DNA of 64,000 nucleotides from Candidatus Hydrogenedentota bacterium (GCA_963745075.1 CAVUWV010000034.1:65227-129226), one strand, 5' to 3'. Shown: positions 1-9,250, counted from the first letter of the stretch. Program-made: numbers and translations. The notes: a model not told the origin generated them from the sequence alone.

Positions 1-253
1 CTCGACCACTTCTGGATACGTCCGGAATCCATGGGCCGGGGATATGGTAAGGCCCTCTTTACGCACGCGGTTGAGCGACTGAAGGAGGCTGTACCCGAAC
101 GCGACGCTCGAAATTGAATCTGATCCCCATGCGGAATCCTTCTATCTGCGCATGGGTGCGACGCGCGTGGGTGAGGTGACGCGAAATTGGCAAGGTGTTG
201 AACGAACCTTGCCGCTGCTTCGATTCGGGACGAAAACCAAGAAAGGGTATTGA
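1..253 (+). CDS. GNAT-family N-acetyltransferase, 5' partial, frameshift near 88
   Basis: Frame 1 reads LDHFWIRPESMGRGYGKALF (acetyl-CoA motif A). Frame 2 continues YPNATLEIESDPHAESFYLRMGA to TGA at 251-253. Not in the ORF track. Confidence 0.8.
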
Positions 254-1218
254 TGCAACAGCGAACACTGCCCATTGCTGGTTTGCTCGTTATGGCGACG
301 TTCCTGAGTTGCCGGGACTACTCTGCGGGATCTGCGGCCGCCGAGATACGGTATCGCGTATTCCAGTTGCCGGCGGCGGCGGTGGACTCGGTTATTCCTC
401 AGGGGCGAAGAGACGCTATTGACGGTTCCACGTACCAGCTGGCCCTGATCGAAGGAGTCCCCGAAATGATTAAGCCTGTCGTCATTACCCTCGTGTCTGT
501 ATTGTTATGTACCGGTTGTGCGGTTATGCATGTGGCGGAACCGAAGGCGAAGGTCTCGGGGGACTGGTACGTGTCGGAGCGGGACCGGAAGATCGATTTG
601 CCGGAGCTGGCCTACACGCACGGCAATTACATGGCCGCGATCATTCGCAAGTACGACGGCGATCACGAACTGAAACTGTTGCGCATCGCGGAAGCGGTCT
701 ATCCCAACCGGAAGGCGGTTGACGAGTGGCGGCAGCAGGTGCAATCGCCGGAGTCGGCGCAATCCGCCGCGGGGCTGCCGGATTGGTCGTATTTGACGGT
801 GAACGGGGTGTTCGTACCGTGTGCGATCACGTCGGCGGCGGTGCAGTATTACTCGAAACTGGTCGAGGCCTGCGAGAATGGCGATATTTCCGCAACCGGC
901 GGGGTCGCAGTGCAGCGATGCCGGTTGCGCTACTCGGCGATCATCGACCATCACAAGTGGTTCGACTTTCAGGGACGCCGTTACCCGGAATGCTACGTCG
1001 TCCGGATGGAACTGCTCTGGGCAGAAGAATGCGGGCAGGACTGCGGGATGGCGTTCGTGAAACAGCGGCTGGTGGTGTTGAGTCCCGACGGCGACGTGCT
1101 CGGCGTGCACCTGGACGGTCCGACGACCGTGGGGAAGGAAGAGGCACCGGCAACAGAAGAGACGCCAGCAACACAAGGGGCGCCGCAATCCAACCAGCCG
1201 GGAACCGGTCAACCGTAG
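253..1218 (+). CDS. Hypothetical lipoprotein; possible alternative start at 466
   Basis: TGATG overlap with the upstream stop. Signal-like segments ending in FLSC (N-terminus) and LCTGC (from 466, preceded by GAAGGAG). Confidence 0.6.
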   Translation: MQQRTLPIAGLLVMATFLSCRDYSAGSAAAEIRYRVFQLPAAAVDSVIPQGRRDAIDGSTYQLALIEGVPEMIKPVVITLVSVLLCTGCAVMHVAEPKAKVSGDWYVSERDRKIDLPELAYTHGNYMAAIIRKYDGDHELKLLRIAEAVYPNRKAVDEWRQQVQSPESAQSAAGLPDWSYLTVNGVFVPCAITSAAVQYYSKLVEACENGDISATGGVAVQRCRLRYSAIIDHHKWFDFQGRRYPECYVVRMELLWAEECGQDCGMAFVKQRLVVLSPDGDVLGVHLDGPTTVGKEEAPATEETPATQGAPQSNQPGTGQP

Positions 1219-1224
1219 CGCCGG

Positions 1225-2625
1225 CTACTGCAAATCGAAGGTATACAACTCGGCGTCCATCAATCGGAACAGAACGTGGACTTCGGGTTCTTGCGCGTCG
1301 CCGATGGGCTTGCCTTTCCACGTGATTTCGTTGGAGAACCCCGACTCGGTCAACGGATTGCAATCGTCGAACGTGTAGCCGTCCAAGGTCTTGTTGTTGC
1401 CGTAGCGCAGTTCGGCGCGTAGCTCGCCGTTCACGACGGCGTTCACCGTAAGCTTCTTGCCCCGCACGTCCATGGGGCGCGTCAGTACCATCCCAGGTTC
1501 GGAATTCGAGGCCGCGCGGAGTCCCACAAGCCGGTCCCGTTCGGCGGTCATCAGGCCGATCGCGCAGACGTTTTCCTCCTTTGTGTCGTGAGGCAGAGGG
1601 AATCCGCCGTAGTAGAAGCGCATCTCGTCGCCGACGATAACCGGACTTTCCGCAATCATCGCCATGCCGTGGTCGAAGGCGCCCTCCGGGCCGCGCGTGA
1701 CCCACGCAGGGTGCGTCGGCAGTTGGGTCCAATGGACCCCGTCGCCGCTCCACGCCAGTTCCGCGGACATGAATCCCGTCGACCGATCGTAGATTTGCAG
1801 CGCGCCGAAGAAGCAATCGCCGCGGCGAAAGGCCGTCATCCCGTAAAACTCGGGCTTCTCGGTCTCCGTGGGCACGAGGATGGTGGTTTCGTGGGTCCAG
1901 TGTTCGAGGTCGGTACTCTGTTTCATCGCAACGCGGCGGCGGTGGTTCCCCGCCCAGGCGCGCGGACGGCAGTACATGAACCACTGAATCCCCACGTCGT
2001 CATAGACGAAGTTGTTGTGGGTGTCGCTGTGGTAACTGATGGCCGGTTCGTCAAACAGTTGCGTGAAAATCTTGCCGTCGTCCGAGGATGAAACGAATAC
2101 GCCGCCCTTTTGATTGTGGATGGCGAGGAACTTGCCCGGCCAGCGGTCGGGTGCGGGATTCAGGCAGACATCGATATTCTGCGTCTTGTCCGTGCCGAGA
2201 CGGATGCAGTTGTTGTCCGTGCTTCCTTCGTAGTCAAACACGCCGAGGTCGGGTTTACGCCAGTGGATGCCGTCGTCGGATTCCGCGTAGCACACGTTGT
2301 ACGAAAACGGCAGATGGTTGTAGTAGGCGTCCCGGTTCCACACCGAGTACCACATCTTGAACAGACCGTCTTCGGGATCGCGCAAAACCGATCCGCCCAT
2401 GTGCGGCCCGGTACCCTCCCAGGGGTGTTCGCGCACGATCAGCGGGTTGCCGGGGTAATGTTTCAGAGGCACCACAAACCGTTCCGCGTTCCAGCGATCC
2501 ATGACGACCCGGTCGTCACAAAGGAAGTAGGGCCCTTTTGCGGCGGTGACGCGATAGGCGTCGTCGAGATTGGTAGTCGCGACGCAAGCAATCAGTGCTA
2601 CGACGCAAATGGTTGGCATAAACAT
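1225..2625 (-). CDS. Secreted GH32/GH43-like beta-propeller protein
   Basis: Signal peptide MPTICVVALIACVA. NPLIVREHPWE, GSVLRDPEDGLFKMWY, Asp-box-like AESDDGIHWRKP and WSGDGVHWT, GPEGAFDHGM. The ORF-track N-terminal extension is spurious. Confidence 0.7.
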   Translation of the reverse strand: MFMPTICVVALIACVATTNLDDAYRVTAAKGPYFLCDDRVVMDRWNAERFVVPLKHYPGNPLIVREHPWEGTGPHMGGSVLRDPEDGLFKMWYSVWNRDAYYNHLPFSYNVCYAESDDGIHWRKPDLGVFDYEGSTDNNCIRLGTDKTQNIDVCLNPAPDRWPGKFLAIHNQKGGVFVSSSDDGKIFTQLFDEPAISYHSDTHNNFVYDDVGIQWFMYCRPRAWAGNHRRRVAMKQSTDLEHWTHETTILVPTETEKPEFYGMTAFRRGDCFFGALQIYDRSTGFMSAELAWSGDGVHWTQLPTHPAWVTRGPEGAFDHGMAMIAESPVIVGDEMRFYYGGFPLPHDTKEENVCAIGLMTAERDRLVGLRAASNSEPGMVLTRPMDVRGKKLTVNAVVNGELRAELRYGNNKTLDGYTFDDCNPLTESGFSNEITWKGKPIGDAQEPEVHVLFRLMDAELYTFDLQ

Positions 2626-2664
2626 CCCCCCGCCCTGCGGGCGACCCCCTTCAAAGGGGGAATT
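2622..2664. repeat. REP-like double-hairpin element
   Basis: CGCCC-TGC-GGGCG followed by CCCCCTTCAAAGGGGG; abuts the start codon of the gene at 1225-2625. Confidence 0.6.
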
Positions 2665-2683
2665 CCATACAGACTTCCTATTC

Positions 2684-3556
2684 TCATGGTCCTGGCAATA
2701 ATCCCGGCGTAACGACCCCGACTTTGTACAGCCCCGTTCGGGCAGTGATATATAACGTTTTCCCGTCATCACCGCCGAAGGTGCAGTTAGCGGGGCCCTG
2801 CGGCACCGTAACCGTGTGGACCAGCTCGCCGGCGGGTGAGATGACCCGGATGCCGTCTCCCGCAGCACTCCAGACATATCCCTTCGCGTCGATGGCCATG
2901 CCGTCGGGGCCGGGCAATTCACAGAAGACGCGGCCACTGCCGATGGAGCCATCCTCGGCCACATCAAACGCTCGGATGTGACTGCCATCGGTGTCGGCGA
3001 TGTACAAGGTCTTCTCGTCTGGCGAGAGGCCGATGCCGTTGGGTTTGATGAAATCCTCGGCGATGCGGGTCAGCGTACCGTCCGGTGCGATGACGTAGAC
3101 GCCTTGACAGGGCTGTTCCTGTTCGCGACCCTCAAGGCCGTACGGGGGATCGGTGAAGTAGATCGTGCCGTCGGAGCGGACAGTCACATCATTCGGACTG
3201 TTCAGCTTCTTGCCGCCGTAAGAATCCGCGAGGACGGTGATGCTTCCGTCTTCTTCTGTCCGTGTGACGCGGCGGTTCCAATGTTCGCAGGCAATCAGCC
3301 GGCCCTCTTGGTCCAGGGTAAGGCCGTTGGACTTGCCGCTCGGTTTCCGGAAGATCGATTTGTCGACCCGATAGATCGTGTCCGCCGGGATATCGCTAAA
3401 GATGAGTTCGCCGCTGGTGAGCCAGACGGGGCCTTCGGTGAATTGGAAACCTTCCGCGATGGTTTCCACCGGGCCGGTGACGTAGTCGGCGGGTGCGGCG
3501 ACAGCGGCGAGTAGCAGGATGGACGATATGGACCGTATGGACGGAATGGACACCAT
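2684..3556 (-). CDS. SMP-30/gluconolactonase/LRE family protein, exported
   Basis: GFQFTEGPVW, SNGLTLD, LNSPNDV, FTDPPYG, PNGIGLSPD and PDGMAID motifs. Confidence 0.93.
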   Translation of the reverse strand: MVSIPSIRSISSILLLAAVAAPADYVTGPVETIAEGFQFTEGPVWLTSGELIFSDIPADTIYRVDKSIFRKPSGKSNGLTLDQEGRLIACEHWNRRVTRTEEDGSITVLADSYGGKKLNSPNDVTVRSDGTIYFTDPPYGLEGREQEQPCQGVYVIAPDGTLTRIAEDFIKPNGIGLSPDEKTLYIADTDGSHIRAFDVAEDGSIGSGRVFCELPGPDGMAIDAKGYVWSAAGDGIRVISPAGELVHTVTVPQGPANCTFGGDDGKTLYITARTGLYKVGVVTPGLLPGP

Positions 3557-3563
3557 GGACTAA
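3519..3563. repeat. Five tandem 9-mers ATGGACnnn
   Basis: atggacgat atggaccgt atggacgga atggacacc atggactaa. Confidence 0.85.
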
Positions 3564-3596
3564 CCCCTTTTCTGCGTTACCGGTTTTGGAGCGGCG

Positions 3597-4127
3597 TTAA
3601 TGCTCGGTCATTGTAATCTGAAAGGGTACGCTTAGCATTCGCTGCTGCGTGTAGTCGTAGCCGGGACCGTAACGTCCCACGTGACCGGGACGGTAATTGA
3701 AGGTCACGTCCACCTTCCCGGCAAGCGTGCCGGGTCCAAGCAGTTTTTCATTCGCGAATTGGCTGAGAGGCACCGTCACATAAATCGTCTCCGACCAGGG
3801 ATAGGTCAGATGGTTGAATCCCCATACGCCGACGAATCGCCGCGCTTCCCGCTGGAGTACCGGCGTGGGGTTGAACAGACCATCCTCTCCCTTGGCGGTT
3901 GAACCATAGTAATCGACGTAGAACCGCACCAGGGAAACATCCACATTGGAGTGCCAGGCCGAGACGGTGATGGGGATCTGGATGTCCTGACCCAGCACGG
4001 CCGATTGGGGAATCTGTGCGTCGACCTCCGGCAGCGGCCAGAACCATGGGACCATGAAGAGGTACACAAATGCGGCCACGACAATTCCGATGACGATGTG
4101 TTTTGGCTGTAACGACGACAGATTCAT
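3597..4127 (-). CDS. Hypothetical membrane-anchored protein
   Basis: N-terminal TM helix followed by a beta-rich domain; closely packed with co-oriented neighbours. Confidence 0.65.
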   Translation of the reverse strand: MNLSSLQPKHIVIGIVVAAFVYLFMVPWFWPLPEVDAQIPQSAVLGQDIQIPITVSAWHSNVDVSLVRFYVDYYGSTAKGEDGLFNPTPVLQREARRFVGVWGFNHLTYPWSETIYVTVPLSQFANEKLLGPGTLAGKVDVTFNYRPGHVGRYGPGYDYTQQRMLSVPFQITMTEH

Positions 4128-4131
4128 TCTA

Positions 4132-5238
4132 CTAGTCGCCTTTCAAATACGGCCGTACGAAATCGTAGGCTTGATCTCCCTTAAATTCGTGCACGCCGTC
4201 GAATTCCTCAAACACGAACCGATCCGGTACACCGAGCTTTTCCCAATATACCTTCGCGCGTTCCGCTTCCGCGCGGGCGTCCTCGATGGCGAACAACTGG
4301 TCCTTTTCACCGGCTTCAATCAGGAAGGGCCGGGGCGCGATCAATGCACAGAGTTCCGCGTCGGCGAATTCGTTGAGAAAGTTGAAGTAAGACCAGTCGG
4401 ACCATGTATAGCGGGCGCGCTCATTGAAATAACTGGAACTGACAGCGGCCTTGATGCGGGTGTCCAGCGCCGTGGCGTAGAGGGTATAGCAACCGCCGTA
4501 GGACAGGCCCATCATGCCGATGCGTTCGGGATCGATGTCGGGACGCTTGACGATTTCGTCGACCGCGCGGGCAATCTTGTACAGTTCCAGCGCAAGGATG
4601 GACGTGCCTACGTACCGGAGTTCCTCGTCCAATTTCTTGCGGTCCGGTCCGGTCAATTCCTCTTCGCCGCGAAAGGGAAAGATCAGCGCGGGCGCGTAGG
4701 TCACATAGCCCTCTTCGAGCGCGCGTTGCACCATCCATCCGTAGTTGCCCGAGCCCATATCGGGGATCATGCCCTGGATGAGTTCCGGGTTGCCCCCGCC
4801 GCCGTGCTGGCAGATCAGGAGCGGCGCGGGTTTGGTCAGGCCGTGTGGAATAGATAAAACGCCATACGCGTCGACACCGTCAACCACTTCCAACCACATG
4901 CGGTAGATGCTGGCGTAGGCGTCGTCTGCGACGTGTTCGAGACGCGGTTCGGCCGCGACCGCATCCGGCGGCGGATAGCCGATGCGAGACCGCACATGAT
5001 CCCGCAGCTTTTCCTGCGACGCCGCGTAGGCTTCCGGACTGGAGAAGTCGAGTTGGAAGAAGGCATCGCGCTTTGCGGTCGATTCAGATTTCAATCGCTC
5101 GACATACTGGTTGATCTGATCGTACTGAAGTTGCCGGTTGGCGTGCGTGTCTTCGATGGGTTCCTGATGCCGATCGGGATAGGGTTCAGCATTCGCCGCT
5201 GTCAATAGGACAATACCTGCAACTAGCGCGGCAAACAT
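4132..5238 (-). CDS. Secreted alpha/beta hydrolase (dienelactone hydrolase/esterase-like)
   Basis: Signal peptide, CQHGGG, nucleophile GLSYGG, LIAPRPFLIEAGEKD, C-terminal GVHEF. Confidence 0.85.
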   Translation of the reverse strand: MFAALVAGIVLLTAANAEPYPDRHQEPIEDTHANRQLQYDQINQYVERLKSESTAKRDAFFQLDFSSPEAYAASQEKLRDHVRSRIGYPPPDAVAAEPRLEHVADDAYASIYRMWLEVVDGVDAYGVLSIPHGLTKPAPLLICQHGGGGNPELIQGMIPDMGSGNYGWMVQRALEEGYVTYAPALIFPFRGEEELTGPDRKKLDEELRYVGTSILALELYKIARAVDEIVKRPDIDPERIGMMGLSYGGCYTLYATALDTRIKAAVSSSYFNERARYTWSDWSYFNFLNEFADAELCALIAPRPFLIEAGEKDQLFAIEDARAEAERAKVYWEKLGVPDRFVFEEFDGVHEFKGDQAYDFVRPYLKGD

Positions 5239-5269
5239 CGTTCACGTTACTCCCAGCCATACAGAGAGA

Positions 5270-5305
5270 GACCACAAGGACAACAGCGACACCAGAGACG
5301 AAAGT
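5270..5305. repeat. Degenerate intergenic 9-mer repeat GACnnnnnn x4
   Basis: gaccacaag gacaacagc gacaccaga gacgaaagt. Confidence 0.45.
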
Positions 5306-5359
5306 CCCGTGGTACGGAGCATGAGACCCCGACTGATCTCCCAATCCGCAATCGAACCC

Positions 5360-6415
5360 CTACACGACGGGGAAGTCCTGCACGCGCTTGGTCAGATACG
5401 CCCGTGCCGAGAAGTCGGCCAATAGTTTGCGATCGTCATTGGTGAATGCGAGATCGGCCTGCAAATTCGCGATATTGCGATCCACGTCGCCGGGGTACGA
5501 TACACCGATGTTAAGCACGCAGATCCGCGGGTCCTGCATCGCCCAACGGATACACGCGCCCGGCAGTTTGGCGATGGCCTCGGGATCGTAATCCGGCACG
5601 ACGTTCGGCGCGTTGTGATTGAAGATCCACGCGCCCAAAACTTTCATCGCCACGATGCCCATATTCAGTTCGTGGGCGCGCGCGACACAGGCCTCTCGCC
5701 ACTCCATGCTCGTGTCGGAATGGCGCGTGTTATAGCCTTTGCGAAAGTAGCCGAATTCGATGAGTACCTGATCGAACAGGTTCGTATCGATCATCTTGTA
5801 CATCTCGTCAAACGCGTTGTGGCCCGTCAACCCAATGAACCGGATCAACCCTTCGTCCCTGAGTTTCACCAGTTCCTCGTAGTTCTTCATGGCGCCCTCG
5901 TATTTCAGGTTTTCGATGGACGGGCCATGAATCTGCATGCAGTCGATGCGGTCGACTTGGAGAGTCTCCAGCGACTTCTCCACGCTGGGCCGCACCTGCG
6001 ATGGATCCATGACGAGGACTTTGGATGCGAGGTAGAGCTGGTCCGCCACGTCGTGCAAAGCGTCGCCCATGACGTTCTCGCTTTCCCGGTAGATTCGGGC
6101 GGTGTCGAAGTAGCGGACGCCCTTATCGAAGGCGTCGCGCACCATCTTCACGCGGTCCTCATAGGAGGGCGGATTGTCGAGCCCGTAGTATCCGTATTCT
6201 TTTTCCATCATGGCCGAACCGCCATGGCCGAGCACGGGAAAACTGTGTCCCGTATTGCCGAATGTGCGTACCGGAATCTTGAGATCGGACGTGATGGTTT
6301 TCGTGGCGCCTTGTGCGTGCGCCGCGCCTGTTCCCAACGCCGATGCTGCGGCCGCCACGCCGATCCCCGTCTTCAGAAACCCCCGCCGATCGATGCCGTC
6401 TTTTCCGTGAGCCAT
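5360..6415 (-). CDS. Aldo/keto reductase with Tat signal peptide
   Basis: DRRGFLK twin-arginine signal, RTFGNTG, GVRYFDTARIY, IRFIGLTGH, GIVAMK; AGGGAG SD. Confidence 0.9.
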   Translation of the reverse strand: MAHGKDGIDRRGFLKTGIGVAAAASALGTGAAHAQGATKTITSDLKIPVRTFGNTGHSFPVLGHGGSAMMEKEYGYYGLDNPPSYEDRVKMVRDAFDKGVRYFDTARIYRESENVMGDALHDVADQLYLASKVLVMDPSQVRPSVEKSLETLQVDRIDCMQIHGPSIENLKYEGAMKNYEELVKLRDEGLIRFIGLTGHNAFDEMYKMIDTNLFDQVLIEFGYFRKGYNTRHSDTSMEWREACVARAHELNMGIVAMKVLGAWIFNHNAPNVVPDYDPEAIAKLPGACIRWAMQDPRICVLNIGVSYPGDVDRNIANLQADLAFTNDDRKLLADFSARAYLTKRVQDFPVV

Positions 6416-6506
6416 GCGTCCTCTCCCTGGTGCCCATACCCTGGCGAAATTACGAGTCCCCATGGTCGCACGGTCGCCGGAGTATTGCAAGCCGAAGGCC
6501 GATGAA

Positions 6507-6665
6507 GACCACAGGCGAAGGCGCCTGTGCCACACTCGCTTACTCCGTACTTTGGCGCTCGTTCTGTGGGCGAGGTTCTTCGTTGTCTCAAAGGTCCAAG
6601 ACAGGAAAGCCCGAGATCACAAGTTTGGAATTGGTAGTGTGGCACAGGCGCCCTCGCCTGTGGTC
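6507..6665. repeat. Inverted pair of 30-bp REP elements (REPIN/BIME-like)
   Basis: 6507-6536 is the reverse complement of 6636-6665 (AGTGTGGCACAGGCGCCCTCGCCTGTGGTC) with one mismatch. Each copy has a GTGG foot and an internal CACAGGCG/CGCCTGTG hairpin. Confidence 0.85.
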
Positions 6666-6686
6666 ACTATACTTTCCAACGTGCAA

Positions 6687-9041
6687 TTAGAAACGGGGCA
6701 GCTCTTTCAAACCGTAGAAGTTGCGATCCTGATCCGTTCGCTCAAACTCAGGCGGCACGATCGTGTCCGCAGTCACGGAACTGCTTTCCGCCGTCAGAAG
6801 GTAACGTCCTCCTTGTACGGTCTCGAAACGGATTACCTTGCCGTCCAGCGTCTGCGAGGCTTGCTCTTGGTCGATGCGGGTCACCACGACTTTCGAGTCA
6901 CCGAAAGGATTCACCAATTCGCAGGACAGTCCCGCGTCGGAGGTAATCACGGCTCCGCTGACTTCGCCATTCTCCAGTTTCCCCGTGACGAGAAATGCGC
7001 CTTCCGCGCGGAGGTTTTCGAAGTAGGCGTCGTGCCACCGGTCGGGAACTGTCGGGAACAACCGGATGCGGCCGCCCCAGGACTGGAGGAGCATTTCCAT
7101 GGTCGCGGCGGCGGACCCAAACCCGGCTTCGAGCGTCATGGGTTCGTACTCGAACAACGATACGCCGAAGATGCGCGGGTCGCCGTTGACGTGAAACGTG
7201 TTGGGCTTGATAAAGGCATTGGCGTAGAGGTCGAGCATTTCCCACGCCATATTGCCGTAGCCGGCGCGCGACGCAATCAGCGACATCCACGGGAAGGACC
7301 AGCCCGTCCACTCGCCGGTGCCCTTCACGCGAATTTCGTGGAGTGAGTCGCGGATGATCGCGCGATCTTCGTCCGTGCCGTCCAGCGTGATGAGTCCGAG
7401 GGGATGGATCGCCATCAAGTGAGAGAAATGCCGGTGGGAATGGGCGAGGGGCGTGTTGGCGCTGACCATCAACCGGTTGCCGCTGCGCACGTAAGGCGTC
7501 AGGTTCGCGAGCACGTCGCTGACGCGTCCGGTAAGTTCATCGTCGGTTCCGAGGACTTCATTTGATTTGAGAATGGCCTCGCCGAGAAAACGGATCAGCG
7601 CGAGATCGCAGTTTGGATCCCTCGTGTAGGCGTCGAATCCGCCTTCACCGTACTCCGGCGAATAGCTAAGCGGGATGTGCAGTTTCCCGTCGTCCCCCGG
7701 CTCCAGCAGGTTCGCGTAGGTCTGGAAGCATCCCTTAATCATGGGCAGTGCCTGTTCGCGCAGGAACGCTTTGTCCTGCGAATATAAGAAATGTAACCAG
7801 TACTGGTGCGCCAGCCACGCCGCGTTGCCGGGCCAGAGTTCGACGCCGGAATACCCGTAGATCCGTTCGCCGTGGGGGCCGATCGCGCAACCGGACCACA
7901 GCCCGTCGAAACCGAAAAACTCCTGGCACTGTTTCTGCCAACGCGGAATGCATGCGGTGAAGGTGCGATACAACGGTTCGCCCAAGTCCAGGCGGTTCGC
8001 CGTATAGATAGGCCAATACGATTGCTGCACGTTCATATCGAGATGGTAGTCGCCCGCCCACGGCGGCATGCCTCCGTCGAGGGTCCACAGCCCTTGTAAT
8101 GTGATCGGGAGTTTGCCCGGGCGCGAGGAGCAGGCCAGCTTATACATCTCAATGTAGTAGAGGGATTCGAGTCGCGCGTCGGGAATCGTCAGGTAAGACC
8201 TCTTCCAATACTCCTCCCACCAGTTAGCGTGTGCGACCTCCGATAAGTCGCCAAAGGAGTTAATCGCATCTTGCGCCGCGGCGAGGGGATCCGCCGCGTC
8301 GTTGGAGGATTCGATCGACAGGAGGAGCTGAACGCGATCGTCACGGGACACAACACGCTTCCAAGCCAGCGCGTAAACCAGCCCCGCCGGCGTGTGCTGC
8401 ACAAAGGTCCCGCCGGAGTCGTCCGACGTGGTTTCCGGATCCGGATAGCCCCACCGTTTCAGCGTGTCCTTGGCGCCGGGATCGAGGTGATCGAGGGACG
8501 CCTTGAACGTGGCTTTCGTTGCAGCGGCGCCTTCCAGTAGCAGCGACAACACGTTTCGCTCGGCGTTAACGCGCGCTGTGACCGCGAGCAACGAACCGTC
8601 GACCGAAAGCCGCAGCGACGCCGTCGCGTCACGAAGATGAAGCCGCGCATCCGACCATTGCACCGGTCCGCCGAAATCCACCTCCAATCGCGGCATGGGG
8701 AGGCGCGTGGGGCGGGGTCCATCGCCGTAAATGCGCTCGGTGCGCATGACCTGCTCGGCCTCTTCGCGCTTGTTGCCTTCTACAAGCTCCCGGATTTTGC
8801 CGTAGGTGACGCCATCCAATGGTTTCTCGCGCGTTTCCCATGCGTCGTATTTGTCGAGCGTGATCTTCAGCGGTGCGCCGTCGCCCCAGATCAGCGCGCC
8901 CATGTCGCCGTTCGCGAGCGGAATGCCCTCCAGCCAACGGGCGGAGGCAACCTCCCAAATCGGGTCATGCTGGTCGAGAAACGACGTTGGCGGCATGGCA
9001 ACCGAGGCAAGGGCGAGCAAGGTGGCAATTGATGCGGACAT
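6687..9041 (-). CDS. GH95-like glycoside hydrolase (alpha-L-fucosidase family)
   Basis: EGIPLANGDMGALIWG, LQGLW..PPWAGDYHLDMN, SPE, HRHFSHL, TGWS, EMLLQSW, LRAEGAFLV; signal peptide. Confidence 0.88.
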   Translation of the reverse strand: MSASIATLLALASVAMPPTSFLDQHDPIWEVASARWLEGIPLANGDMGALIWGDGAPLKITLDKYDAWETREKPLDGVTYGKIRELVEGNKREEAEQVMRTERIYGDGPRPTRLPMPRLEVDFGGPVQWSDARLHLRDATASLRLSVDGSLLAVTARVNAERNVLSLLLEGAAATKATFKASLDHLDPGAKDTLKRWGYPDPETTSDDSGGTFVQHTPAGLVYALAWKRVVSRDDRVQLLLSIESSNDAADPLAAAQDAINSFGDLSEVAHANWWEEYWKRSYLTIPDARLESLYYIEMYKLACSSRPGKLPITLQGLWTLDGGMPPWAGDYHLDMNVQQSYWPIYTANRLDLGEPLYRTFTACIPRWQKQCQEFFGFDGLWSGCAIGPHGERIYGYSGVELWPGNAAWLAHQYWLHFLYSQDKAFLREQALPMIKGCFQTYANLLEPGDDGKLHIPLSYSPEYGEGGFDAYTRDPNCDLALIRFLGEAILKSNEVLGTDDELTGRVSDVLANLTPYVRSGNRLMVSANTPLAHSHRHFSHLMAIHPLGLITLDGTDEDRAIIRDSLHEIRVKGTGEWTGWSFPWMSLIASRAGYGNMAWEMLDLYANAFIKPNTFHVNGDPRIFGVSLFEYEPMTLEAGFGSAAATMEMLLQSWGGRIRLFPTVPDRWHDAYFENLRAEGAFLVTGKLENGEVSGAVITSDAGLSCELVNPFGDSKVVVTRIDQEQASQTLDGKVIRFETVQGGRYLLTAESSSVTADTIVPPEFERTDQDRNFYGLKELPRF

Positions 9042-9108
9042 GGGGTTCCCCTCTCTCAATGATTCCCAAGATGGCGAATCAATCCGTGCACCCGGGTTTG
9101 TTCTCTTA

Positions 9109-9141
9109 TCGTAATCGTAATCGTAATCGTAATCGTAATCG
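9109..9141. repeat. (TCGTAA)5 hexanucleotide tandem repeat
   Basis: Five perfect copies plus TCG, about 70 bp upstream of the GH95 start. Confidence 0.95.
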
Positions 9142-9204
9142 AATGCGAGAAAGGGCGAGGGCGTCCAAGCGACGGAGACGGGGGGTAGCGTGTAGGAAAG
9201 TGAG

Positions 9205-9243
9205 ACCCCCTCCCTAACCCTCCCCGTGAACGGGGAGGGAATC
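9205..9243. repeat. REP-like hairpin, possibly also a terminator
   Basis: ACCCCCTCCCTAA-CCCTCCCCG-TGAA-CGGGGAGGG-AATC just past the anti-sigma stop codon. Confidence 0.7.
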
Positions 9244-9250
9244 AGAAACC

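Noticed and set aside
2626..2988. N-terminal extension of ORF 1225-2988
   Set aside because: Overlaps the lactonase gene and a repeat; the signal peptide begins at 2625 or 2619.
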